NCBI GenBank assembly: GCA_963764165.1
Contig: CAVXRD010000004.1
Location: 544,001-608,000 of the forward strand
Length of the DNA stretch: 64,000 nucleotides
Origin: an uncultured Verrucomicrobiae bacterium
Lineage (GTDB): Bacteria; Verrucomicrobiota; Verrucomicrobiia; Limisphaerales; Palsa-1400
Direction of reading: 5' to 3'
Part shown: positions 10,547 through 22,793 of the stretch, one piece after another
How positions within the stretch are numbered: position 1 is the stretch's first letter
Layout of the letters: each line of letters opens with the position of its first letter
Translations under genes and position numbers: made by a program
Notes under the pieces: generated by a model
What the model saw: only the letters and a program-made list of their open reading frames with translations
Told to the model about the DNA's origin: nothing
Databases searched by the model: none

Positions 10547-11158
10547 TCAAATTTTCTTTGGGGCAGCCGCGGCAGAGTGCCTGAAAGTCTGAAGATGCGC
10601 CAATGCCACCGCCAGAGCATCAGCCGCATCAGGGGCGGGAGGGTCGTCGAGTTGGAGAAGGCGCTGCACCATCTTGCCGACGGCGGTCTTCTGCGCCGCC
10701 CCGAAGCCAACGATGGCTTGTTTCACCTTTCGCGGGGCAATTTCATAGATTTCAAGGCCCGCTTCTCCCAACACCGCCAGCGCGGCGCCGCGCGCTTCAC
10801 CCATGGTCAGGGCGGTCTGCAAGTTTTGCGCGAAAAACAATCCTTCGATGGCGCAGACGGTCGGATGATGTTGCGCAATAACGTCTCGCAACGTGCGCGA
10901 AATATGCGCGAGACAACGCGAGTGCTCCCAATCGGCCGGGCATTTGATCGTCCCGTGTGCGAGCGCGCGGGGAGAAGGTTTGCACGCGTGAATCACGCCG
11001 TAACCAGTGCCGCGCAAGGAAGGATCAACTCCGATGATGACTTGGTTTTGTGAGCTGGAAATGGCAAGGTGGGCCCTCTCCACAGTTCGGGCAGCTTTCC
11101 GCTTCGCCCCACCCAGCCGGGCCTGCATCTGCTCAAATTGTTTGGGAGTGATCGCCAT
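10547..11158 (-). CDS. ruvC: Holliday junction resolvase RuvC
   Basis: IIGVDPSLRGTGYG, AIEGLFF, VKQAIVGFGAAQK and DAADALAVA motifs. Confidence 0.95.
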   Translation of the reverse strand: MAITPKQFEQMQARLGGAKRKAARTVERAHLAISSSQNQVIIGVDPSLRGTGYGVIHACKPSPRALAHGTIKCPADWEHSRCLAHISRTLRDVIAQHHPTVCAIEGLFFAQNLQTALTMGEARGAALAVLGEAGLEIYEIAPRKVKQAIVGFGAAQKTAVGKMVQRLLQLDDPPAPDAADALAVALAHLQTFRHSAAAAPKKI

Positions 11159-11218
11159 GCCGCATGGTGAACGAAGAGGCCGCCCCGTTCAACCCCGTCG
11201 TTGGCCCTCCGGGCGGTT

Positions 11219-11290
11219 CTCCGCGCTCTCGGTCTTCCTCCTGTTCAAGGCATTCTGAGGTTGAACAAGAGAAAGACCGAGGGCGCGGAG
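11219..11290. repeat. 30-bp inverted repeat hairpin (AACAGGAG-type)
   Basis: ctccgcgctctcggtcttcctcctgttcaa / ttgaacaagagaaagaccgagggcgcggag, with 3 mismatches. Confidence 0.8.
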
Positions 11291-11409
11291 ATGGGAATCC
11301 TCTTTGCCTTTTCTTCTTCGCGTCCTTTTGCGGGCTTGCTGTTCAACCTCATGCTGTTCCCGGTGGCCCAGACAAGATCATTCGTTGGCGGCTCCCGCTT
11401 GGCTTCTTT

Positions 11410-12765
11410 TCATTTCATCCAAAGCGCGATTTGATCCCAGAGCAATTTTCCGTTAAGCGCCGCAATAATCACCGCCGTCACCCAAGCCGTAATAATAAGC
11501 CAACGTGGACTCACAAATTCCCCCATCTTTCGCCGGTCGCTGGTAAACATCACCAATGGCACCACGGCGAACGACAATTGGAGGCTCAGTACGACCTGGC
11601 TTAAGATGAGCAATTTGGCCGTGCCGCTCTCCCCCGCGATGGCCGTCACGATAACCGCTGGAATAATGGCCAATCCGCGCGTGAAAAGGCGGCGCACCCA
11701 GGGGCGGAGCCGAACGTTAAGAAATCCTTCCATGATGATTTGCCCGGCCAATGTTCCCGTCAGCGTCGAATTCTGGCCCGAGGCCAGCAGAGCCACCGCG
11801 AACAGCGTGCTGGCCAGCGATGCGCCGAGCATCGGTGTCAATAATTTGAATGCGTCCTGGATTTCCGCCACATCAGTCTTGCCGCGGGTGTGAAATGTCG
11901 CGGCGGCCACGATCAGAATAGCGGCGTTAATGAACAAGGCGGCTGTCAACGCAACGGTCGAATCGATGGTGGCGTAATGGATTGCCTCCCGCTTGCCCAG
12001 CGAGGTCGGCTCGAATTTGCGCGTCTGCACAATGCTCGAGTGCATGTAGAGATTGTGCGGCATCACTGTCGCGCCAAGGATGCCGATGGCAATGTAGAGC
12101 ATGTCTTTGTTCCGAAGAATTTCCATTCGAGGAAGGAAGCCGGGCAAAATCTCCGCAACGACAGGATGCGAGAACAGCATTTCCAGCGCGAAGCACAGCG
12201 CAATGGTGGAAATGAGGATGATCACCAGCGCCTCCAGCCGCCGAAATCCCTTGTTTTGCAAATAGAGGATGGCCAGCACATCGAGCGACGTGATGCAAAC
12301 ACCCCAAAGCACGGGAATTCTGAAAAGCAAATTCAGCGCGATGGCGGACCCAATGACTTCCGCCAGGTCGCACGCGCAAATCGCCACCTCGGCCATCGCC
12401 CAAAGCGCGATGGCAGTGCCCTTGGAATAATGATCGCGGCACGCCTGGGCCAGATCCCGTCCGGTGGCGACCCCCAATCGCACGCTCAAAGTCTGCAAGA
12501 GGATCGCCATCAAATTGGAAATCATGATCACGCTGAGAAGCGTGTAGCCGAATTGCGATCCGCCCGCCAAATCGGTGGCCCAATTGCCGGGATCCATGTA
12601 GCCCACCGCGACCATGTAGCCCGGCCCGGAAAACACCAGCAGCTTCCGCCAGAAACCTATCTTGCCCGCCACGCTAATAGAACCGTGCGACTCCGGCAGG
12701 CTTTGGCCGGAACTCGCCCGCCGCCAGCCATGACCCTGCCCGGTTTTCTCTTTTGGACGCGCCAC
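11410..12765 (-). CDS. mntH: Nramp-family Mn2+/divalent metal transporter
   Basis: [11 protein letters not shown] and [10 protein letters not shown] signature motifs. Confidence 0.95.
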   Translation of the reverse strand: MARPKEKTGQGHGWRRASSGQSLPESHGSISVAGKIGFWRKLLVFSGPGYMVAVGYMDPGNWATDLAGGSQFGYTLLSVIMISNLMAILLQTLSVRLGVATGRDLAQACRDHYSKGTAIALWAMAEVAICACDLAEVIGSAIALNLLFRIPVLWGVCITSLDVLAILYLQNKGFRRLEALVIILISTIALCFALEMLFSHPVVAEILPGFLPRMEILRNKDMLYIAIGILGATVMPHNLYMHSSIVQTRKFEPTSLGKREAIHYATIDSTVALTAALFINAAILIVAAATFHTRGKTDVAEIQDAFKLLTPMLGASLASTLFAVALLASGQNSTLTGTLAGQIIMEGFLNVRLRPWVRRLFTRGLAIIPAVIVTAIAGESGTAKLLILSQVVLSLQLSFAVVPLVMFTSDRRKMGEFVSPRWLIITAWVTAVIIAALNGKLLWDQIALWMK

Positions 12766-12864
12766 AATGATTTCTTTTATCTCAAAAATAAAGTTTTACA
12801 TCAAAAACATTTCGCGTCAAGCGGCGGCATGGGTGAATCCAGGGCAGACGCATCTTAATTCCAA

Positions 12865-12985
12865 GGTAGGGACGCCGTTTGGAAGCCGAACTTCGGCCCG
12901 AGGCGTCCGGTTGCGCGTGAAAATGCTTTTGGCGTTGCGCGGGAATATGCCCCGCCCCGGACCCCCTCGGCGAGGCGTCCCAGCC
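12865..12985. repeat. REPIN (family 1), left REP with an expanded loop
   Basis: ggtagggacgcc-[insert]-cccgaggcgtccgg ... ccggaccccctcggcgaggcgtcccagcc. Confidence 0.8.
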
Positions 12986-13155
12986 AATCAACGATCAGGA
13001 AAAGAGGCCGGAGCTGTTATTCTGCGATGCGAGGAATGTGAATAATGCCTTGCATAAACAATTCGCCATGGCCCGGCAGATCCAGGCTGCGGGCAATGAT
13101 TATGTCATCGACAAACCACGCCATCTGGCACATATACATTGGCGTTCTTACAGCC

Positions 13156-16100
13156 ATGACTAGATATTCTTTTCTTCGATTTTTCCTCGTCTGCCTTGCC
13201 GTCGCCGCGATGGCGCATGAGGTCCGCGCCGATCAAGCCACGTTTTACGTCACGCTCGACACACGCTCCGGCGTCAATGAACTGCTCTGCGTCACCAACA
13301 ATCCTTTTGGCTATGCAGTCGTTGCGTCGACGAATTCTCAGGGAGACGCGATCACCAACGAGCCAGGAGAATTAATCATGAGCTATGCGCCGGATGGCAT
13401 TTTGTACGGAGCAGCCGCCAACGAACTTTTCGCCATCAATCCCTCCACGGCGGCATCCTCAAGCATTCTTGCTTTGACGGGCGAAGCTGCCGCCACGGCG
13501 GCAATGGCTTTTGCCGGTGATGGCACATTATACACGAGCGATGGTTACACACTTTACACCGCCAATCTTGGCAGCGGCGTTTGCGCGCGGGTCAATCCGT
13601 TTTACACGAACGCTCACACCTCCAAGCTCACCACACCGATTTTCAGCCTGGCGATGTCCCCGGGCGGCGCCTTGTACGGAGCCGATACCGCGCTCTATAC
13701 GATCAACCCAGAGAATGCAAAAGCCACCATGGTCGGCCAGTTTTCCATTTTTCCTGGGTTCCAGGCCGAGGCGCTAGCCTTCGGCAGCGATGGAAATCTT
13801 TACATGATTGGAAACGATAATGCATTTTATCTGGTGAGCACCAATGATGCGTCGACGACACTGGAGGGCTCGTTTCCGGGGATTGCAAGCGGACTGGTCA
13901 CCAGCGTGAATCCCGCCCTGCCCGCGGTCACGGCGCAACCCCGGAGCGTGACCGCGGCGCCCGGCAGCAAAGTCGTTTTTTCCGCCACTGCCACTGGCGC
14001 GCCCACGCCCGCTCCCTTCTGGTATTTCAACGGCGCGCCGATCCCTTCCGCCACCAATCTGACGCTGACGCTCACCAACGTCTCCGCGAGCAACGACGGA
14101 AGTTATTACCTCGTGCTGACAAACAGGGCCGGGTCAGTGACCAGCGACGTTGTCACGCTGTCTGTGACGGCAAATCTTGTCAGTACGAATTTCACCTTTC
14201 TGGCCACCAGCGACGCGGGTGGCGTCCATGCCAATTCCATCCTCTCACTCAGCACAAACCCCGTCTCCGAGACGGTCCTTGGCGGATTCGGCACATCCCT
14301 CATCAGCATGAGCTTCGACACCAACGGCGATCTTTACGGCACCGATGGCCAGGTGCTGTACCTGGTAGACACGAATACGTGGGGGTTGATCACGCTTGGC
14401 TCGATAGAATACCTAAACGCGGCACTGGAGGTGGATAGCATCGCCTTTTCGCCCGACAACGTGCTGTATGCGGCTGCGCAAAATGGAACGCAAAGCGGCA
14501 TGTACACCATCGTTCCGACGAACGGCAGCGCCGTGGCCAGCCTCTTAACCAGTTACGCGCAGAGCATCTACATTAGTTCCATTGCCTTCGGGCCTTTGCA
14601 GACATTTTATGGCGGGGAATATGAATTGTATCAGATAAATCCCACAAATGGCCTGGTGGTGACCAAGGGAGTTCCAGTCATCGGCTCAAACGGTGTGACA
14701 TCCATTCAAGGCGACATGAAGGTCGGCCAGGATGGCTATATTTATTTTAACAGCGGATCGTCGCTTTACCGGATGAATCCCTTGACCGCTCGCAACGAGC
14801 CCGTTGCGTCCTACAGTTCGTTGCTCAAGGGGCTGGCATTTTATCCGGCGCCGTTCGACATGACGCCTCCGTCCATTGTGTCGCCCCCGGTCAATGAATC
14901 CGTGGCCAAAGGGAGCGCCGTAACGTTGGCCGTGAGAACCGCTGGCGCCGGGCCGCAAATTTTCCAGTGGCAACGCAACGGGAGTCGGCTCCAGGACACG
15001 AGCCGATTGTTCGGCGCCGACACTGGCACGCTCACGATCAACAACATCCAAACCGCAGACGCGGGCAGCTATACGCTGATCGTCAGCAATACGTTTGGTT
15101 CCGCCAGCGCACCGGTGGCGACTTTGTCCGTTGGGGTTGGCCCAAGCATCACGGCCCAGCCGGCGGGCACGACGCGCGCTACGGAAGGCAAGACGGTGAG
15201 TCTTAGTGTCGCCGCCAAAGGCGCCGCGCCTCTGACCTATCAATGGTACGTCGGCGCCACACGGATTGATGGAGCGAACAGCCGCACTTTGAGTTTCCAA
15301 TCGGATCCTGTCAACGGCGCGTCCAATCTGTATTACCGCGTGCTCGTTGAAAATTCCTACGGTTCAGTGATGAGTTCGCCCGCCGAAGTGACGGTTCTGC
15401 GCGACACGGCGAAGCCAACGGTGGCCATCCAGATTCCCGCGTTGCATGGGCGCACGACAAGCTCCATCATTTCCGGGACAACGTCATCCGATGCGACCCA
15501 AGTCTGGTATTGGGTCACGAATATCAACGCCGGCGCAAAGAGCGTCACCGGCCCGGTCAACGCCACTCAATCAACGCCGAAGATGTGGACGGCCACCGCA
15601 TCACTGCTTCCCGGAACGAACATCCTGGCGGTGCAAAGTGAAAACGCCGCCGGAAATCTCTCCACGATTGCCTCGCGCCAGTTCTTTTACGAAGTCCCAG
15701 CCGCTCTGACGCTCAACAGCTATGGAGGAACAGGCACTTTCACAGGGAAGGCTTCCATAAAAGGTGACGTCGTCCCAGCGGCGGGGGCCGATTTGAATAT
15801 CGGAGAGGGCTATTCGCTTACGGCGAAGGCCTCGCCCGGATATTTGTTTTCCTACTGGTCGGATGATACGAACACAATCACGAAACCAACGATCGATTTC
15901 ATCATGGAGTCTGGCCTTGAATTGACGGCCAATTTCGTGACAAATGAATTTTTTGGATTGTCGGGAACTTATTCCGGCCTGTTCCCCGAGACCAACGCGG
16001 CCACTGAGCAATCGGCGGGCATCATCACGGGACTGAAGATCGGCACTAATGGCGCTTACAGCGGAACACTTGTTTTGAAAGGCGTGGGACACGCGTTCAG

Positions 16101-17079
16101 CGGGTCATTCAACGCCGTGTCATTGCAAGCATCCAACAAGATTACCGTGAGCGGCGGGCCGCTCATCTTGAAAATGACTTTGCTTGCCGGTGAGACGAAC
16201 GAGATCGCCGGCTCGGTTTCAACCGGCGAATGGGACTCGGATTTCCATTTAATAGGGAAGGCGGCCGGCGCACAAACATCCGCTGCCTACACGATGTTGC
16301 TGCAGCCCACGAACACAGCCTTTGGCTGCGGTTACGCCACTGTCACTAATAAGGCGGGCTCGATCACGTTTAGCGGAAAGCTGCCAGACGGCACAGCTTT
16401 CAGTCCGTCCGCGCCTTTGTCGCAAACAGGCTCCATCCCATTCTACGCGAGCCTTTATGGCAACAAGGGGCTGCTTACCGGCTGGCTGAATTTCGATACA
16501 GGAACCTCGGGCGCGGCCGTTCCGAACGGCCAGCTCATCTGGATTCAAAAAGACGGCACGACAACAATCCTTAATGTTGACGGCTCGACGTGGGTCGCGC
16601 CGGCGGCGGGAACTGCCGCCTTGCCCTTCACGAGCGACGCTCCTGGATTATTGGCCATGTCCGGCGGCGGCATTGCGGGGACATTGGATTTCAGCGTCGT
16701 GGACAGCGCCAAGAACGTTTTATCCGCAGTGTCGTCAAGCGATGCGGACGCGACGTTCAGCGGCGCCGTTGCGGCGAAGACGGGATTGGTAACCTTTAAG
16801 GTCTCCATTGGAAAATCTGTGACGACCGCAACCGGGGTTTACTTGCAAAACACGGAGGTCGGCGGCGGGTACTTTACCGGAAACGGAACCTTTGCGCTCG
16901 AGCTGGCAAGAAACACGCCAGACTCAGGCGGCGACGACGGTGTGAGCGCCAGCATGCTCATCAACGAGGCCGCAAGCGGCCCGCCCTCTCCCACGAGGTC
17001 GCCCATATCGCCGGGTTCGCCCCCTGCTCCGCCCGGCCCTCCCGCGCCGCCCATGCATTCTTACAAATCAGACAGATAA
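13156..17079 (+). CDS. Large secreted protein with beta-propeller-like repeats and Ig-like domains
   Basis: Signal peptide MTRYSFLRFFLVCLAVAAM; repeated AF.PDG.LY blades; Ig I-set motifs (QW..NG, DAGSY.LIVSN..GS); Pro-rich tail. Confidence 0.85.
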   Translation: MTRYSFLRFFLVCLAVAAMAHEVRADQATFYVTLDTRSGVNELLCVTNNPFGYAVVASTNSQGDAITNEPGELIMSYAPDGILYGAAANELFAINPSTAASSSILALTGEAAATAAMAFAGDGTLYTSDGYTLYTANLGSGVCARVNPFYTNAHTSKLTTPIFSLAMSPGGALYGADTALYTINPENAKATMVGQFSIFPGFQAEALAFGSDGNLYMIGNDNAFYLVSTNDASTTLEGSFPGIASGLVTSVNPALPAVTAQPRSVTAAPGSKVVFSATATGAPTPAPFWYFNGAPIPSATNLTLTLTNVSASNDGSYYLVLTNRAGSVTSDVVTLSVTANLVSTNFTFLATSDAGGVHANSILSLSTNPVSETVLGGFGTSLISMSFDTNGDLYGTDGQVLYLVDTNTWGLITLGSIEYLNAALEVDSIAFSPDNVLYAAAQNGTQSGMYTIVPTNGSAVASLLTSYAQSIYISSIAFGPLQTFYGGEYELYQINPTNGLVVTKGVPVIGSNGVTSIQGDMKVGQDGYIYFNSGSSLYRMNPLTARNEPVASYSSLLKGLAFYPAPFDMTPPSIVSPPVNESVAKGSAVTLAVRTAGAGPQIFQWQRNGSRLQDTSRLFGADTGTLTINNIQTADAGSYTLIVSNTFGSASAPVATLSVGVGPSITAQPAGTTRATEGKTVSLSVAAKGAAPLTYQWYVGATRIDGANSRTLSFQSDPVNGASNLYYRVLVENSYGSVMSSPAEVTVLRDTAKPTVAIQIPALHGRTTSSIISGTTSSDATQVWYWVTNINAGAKSVTGPVNATQSTPKMWTATASLLPGTNILAVQSENAAGNLSTIASRQFFYEVPAALTLNSYGGTGTFTGKASIKGDVVPAAGADLNIGEGYSLTAKASPGYLFSYWSDDTNTITKPTIDFIMESGLELTANFVTNEFFGLSGTYSGLFPETNAATEQSAGIITGLKIGTNGAYSGTLVLKGVGHAFSGSFNAVSLQASNKITVSGGPLILKMTLLAGETNEIAGSVSTGEWDSDFHLIGKAAGAQTSAAYTMLLQPTNTAFGCGYATVTNKAGSITFSGKLPDGTAFSPSAPLSQTGSIPFYASLYGNKGLLTGWLNFDTGTSGAAVPNGQLIWIQKDGTTTILNVDGSTWVAPAAGTAALPFTSDAPGLLAMSGGGIAGTLDFSVVDSAKNVLSAVSSSDADATFSGAVAAKTGLVTFKVSIGKSVTTATGVYLQNTEVGGGYFTGNGTFALELARNTPDSGGDDGVSASMLINEAASGPPSPTRSPISPGSPPAPPGPPAPPMHSYKSDR

Positions 17080-17648
17080 AGCTCACGGTTACGCCAAAGA
17101 TAAATCACCCCGGAGGTGAAGGTCAGAATCACCGCCACCCACAATGAGATGGGAGCGAACCATTCAACCCACGGTTTACCGGCAATATCGAATCCAAAAA
17201 TCATCCCGACCGGCCCCCATTCCTTGTAGGCGTGAAGAACCAACAGAGCGATGATGGCGACAATTTGTGAAATGGTTTTATGCTTGCCAAATCGCTCGGC
17301 GGCCAGCACCAGATTTTTCGACGCCGCCAGCAGCCGCAGTCCCGTAATCGCCAGTTCTCGCGCGACGATGATGACCACCATCCACGCGGCGGTCCACCGC
17401 GTGTCAACAAACGCAATGAACGCCGAGCAGACCATGATCTTGTCCGCCAGCGGGTCCATGAGAATGCCAAAATTGGTGATGAGATGGTCGCGCCGGGCGA
17501 TCTTGCCGTCAAAATAATCGGTCAGGCTCGCGATGCTGAAAAACGCCAGCGCAATCGTCTCGTAATGGGGAGGATGGGCAAACATGGCAGCCAGAAAAAC
17601 AGCCGTCATGACAAAACGGGAGATTGTCAGCCTATTCGGAACGTTCAT
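17061..17648 (-). CDS. pgsA: CDP-diacylglycerol--glycerol-3-phosphate 3-phosphatidyltransferase
   Basis: MNVPNRLTISR and TDYFDGKIARR...FGILMDPLADK motifs. Confidence 0.95.
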   Translation of the reverse strand: MNVPNRLTISRFVMTAVFLAAMFAHPPHYETIALAFFSIASLTDYFDGKIARRDHLITNFGILMDPLADKIMVCSAFIAFVDTRWTAAWMVVIIVARELAITGLRLLAASKNLVLAAERFGKHKTISQIVAIIALLVLHAYKEWGPVGMIFGFDIAGKPWVEWFAPISLWVAVILTFTSGVIYLWRNRELYLSDL

Positions 17649-17715
17649 CTGCAAAATTGGACACTCGCCGGAAATAAAGTCATAACCCCGCCGCAAAGCA
17701 ACCCATTTTCGTCTT

Positions 17716-18392
17716 CTATTGATCCGCGGACCCCAGGAAAACACAGTCGTCGGATCGCGCTCCGATGAAGGCCGTCGGGCCGCCGCCTGTCAACTTAACG
17801 ACGACGATGTGGATTCCCGCGGGGAGATCGGCAGCGTAGTGCAGAGGATTGTTGAACGCCGGATCCGGTTCCCGCACTGGAATCTGTGGCGGGCGTCGAA
17901 AACCAGGAGCCGGAACTGGTGGCAATGGCGGGCCGGCGTCTTCTGCGGGATTTGGCGGCGTCACGATTTTCGGCACGGAATTAGTTGCGGTCCGCGGCTC
18001 CGGCTCGCAGACATTTACATGAGTCCAAATGGTCGATTTGTCAGGTGCGGAAATCTCAAATTTGACCGGCCCGGATTTCACGCTTCGAAAGCGTGTTCCG
18101 GCCAAAAACGGCGCGTTGCTTGTTTTCGGGGCCCGTTGACAAATGAAATGGCCCAATGCCATGAATCGCCGCTGGGGCTCCAGCCCACATTCCTGACCGT
18201 GATGGAAGCCTGGGGAAAATCGGAAGCCATCTCCACTTCCAGCCATCCCGATTCCTGTTCCCGCTCAATGAGCGCATCGCCAATCAGCACAACGCGGTCG
18301 CTGTCACGCAAGTCGAAGATCCGGCTCGCTTTTGCCGTAAAAGCAGCGAGGAACAACATCGCGATGGCAAGAGCGCCAAACAGCCGCGCCAT
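17716..18392 (-). pseudogene. Secreted protein with an SGNH-like N-terminal fragment, split by a frameshift near 18133
   Basis: Signal peptide plus DRVVLIGDALIEREQ...VRNVGWS; adding one G at AAC GGG (G)CC joins it to ORF 17716..18246. Confidence 0.5.
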
Positions 18393-18412
18393 TCGCCTCG
18401 GGAAAAAAATCT

Positions 18413-18502
18413 TAACAGGAGGAAACGAAGTAAACGAAGAGGGAACAAATCGTCCGTCCGGTGTCGTGTCCTCTTCATCGTTTCCTTTGTTTCCTTCTGT
18501 TA
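18413..18502. repeat. Imperfect inverted repeat of periodic purine-rich units (AACAGGAG-type)
   Basis: taacaggaggaaacgaagtaaacgaagagg ... cctcttcatcgtttcctttgtttccttctgtta. Confidence 0.65.
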
Positions 18503-18546
18503 TCCCATCATTGTCCATTCTTGAGTTAACGCTTATAAGACGTCTG

Positions 18547-21426
<2,880 letters not shown>

Positions 21427-21530
21427 AAAACGAACGTAAATTGCCCTGAAAGCATTGCAAGCAGCTTTTTCTAGGGATGCCGCCTCTAACGCCCAGATTT
21501 GGCTCTCCCGAAGCTGACGCGAACATTGGA

Positions 21531-21827
21531 AGGTGAAATAGGGTGCAATAGGGTGAAACAGGCTTCCAGGCGAGACCCGTTTGAGGGTGTGTTCGTTGAA
21601 AGTGGCCGAGGCGTCTCGCCTCAGAACGGTCGACACAGCGGCGGGACGACGCCGCCACTTGGGATCCGATGAGAGAGCGCCGAAACGGCGGCGCATGAGC
21701 GCGTCATTGCGCCCTGCCCTTCTATTCTCAATACGCCCTTTCATATAAATGGACGCATTTTGGCCCGAAAGTCGCGGGATGGAAAACCTACCAGAGTGTT
21801 TTCGGCACGGTTTTTTGGAGAAACATT
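21531..21827 (-). repeat. Dispersed element, copy 1 (homologous to 43910-44141)
   Basis: Shares a 25-bp identical core and TTGCACCCTA-type 10-mer repeats with the 43.9 kb copy. Confidence 0.75.
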
Positions 21828-22381
21828 GGGAAAAATTGAATCTGGAACGACCGAACGCAGGAAAAGAGCCTCTTGCTGACAACATCACGCCCTGGACCGT
21901 CCACCCGGACAGGAGAAGAAAGGGGAATCCCCAAAACCTTTACGCCTCTTCGCCCTTGCGTTAGATTGGTTCGCGCTGTTTTCAGCGCCAGCCATTGCTG
22001 GGAAACCTCTTTGGAGAGAGCAAGCCTGGCACCGGCTTAGGTAAAGCGGTAAATGTCCATAATCTCGGAAAGACTGCTACATCGGCTACATCGTTGAGCC
22101 TCAATAAGATAAAGTGCAACATTTAATGCAACAGACTGCAGAATTCCTTCCAATCGGGTCTGGCTGAATTCAATCCTGTGCCTTCCCATCCGCCGATGTT
22201 TTCGCCGCAGTCGCGTGGCCAACGTTCATTCCAGTTATCCAGGACGGGTGTGCCTTGATATCACTAAGGCTGGTATTCGGCGCAACAGATGGAGTTTCCG
22301 CTTTAGTGAAATGAAAGACGATCCCGGTCGAAAAGTTGGATTGACTAAACGTATCAAAATTGATATTCCCATGCAAGCGCT

Positions 22382-22777
22382 ATGGCAGCCACACTGACGA
22401 TCCACGATGAGACCGCAACTGGTCAAAAAACGAATACCTTCACGCTGGATTGCCTCACTGAGCGGATGACAGTGCGCGAATTGATCCGTGCCCGAATTTA
22501 TCAGGAGGTTCAAGAATACAACCAGCGTGAGCCGGAGTATTTTCGCGGCCTTGTAGAGCCGACAAATGCCGAACGCGTCCTCAACGGCTATAAGCTCAAG
22601 GCAAAGCGCAAGATCGACTGGCAAGAGCAACTACTGCGCGCGCTCGATGCTTTTGGCCGAAACGGTTTTTTCGTCTTGGTCGATGACAAGCAAGCCGAAG
22701 ATCTGGAACAGGAATTCGATGTCAAAGTCGACACGGAAGTCAGCTTCGTCAAACTCGTGCCGCTAGTAGGAGGATAA
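22382..22777 (+). CDS. Putative ubiquitin-like (beta-grasp) protein with C-terminal Gly-Gly
   Basis: 131 aa; MTVRELI helix; ends FFVLVDDKQAEDLEQEFDVKVDTEVSFVKLVPLVGG, resembling a ThiS/MoaD C-terminus. Confidence 0.75.
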   Translation: MAATLTIHDETATGQKTNTFTLDCLTERMTVRELIRARIYQEVQEYNQREPEYFRGLVEPTNAERVLNGYKLKAKRKIDWQEQLLRALDAFGRNGFFVLVDDKQAEDLEQEFDVKVDTEVSFVKLVPLVGG

Positions 22778-22793
22778 GAGCAAGGGGGTTCTT

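Noticed and set aside
12770..12810. AT-rich tract upstream of mntH as an MntR/Fur box or Mn riboswitch
   Set aside because: No convincing palindrome or yybP-ykoY structure is visible.
21435..21515. Possible glycine riboswitch upstream of gcvP (GGGAGAG...CTTTCAGG on the minus strand)
   Set aside because: The GCCGAAG core is missing and the segment overlaps the putative -35/-10. An Rfam covariance search would be needed to revive it.
21427..21888. 153-aa N-terminal extension of GcvP in the ORF track
   Set aside because: It translates repeat-element DNA; GcvP similarity and a plausible promoter point to the ATG at 21426.
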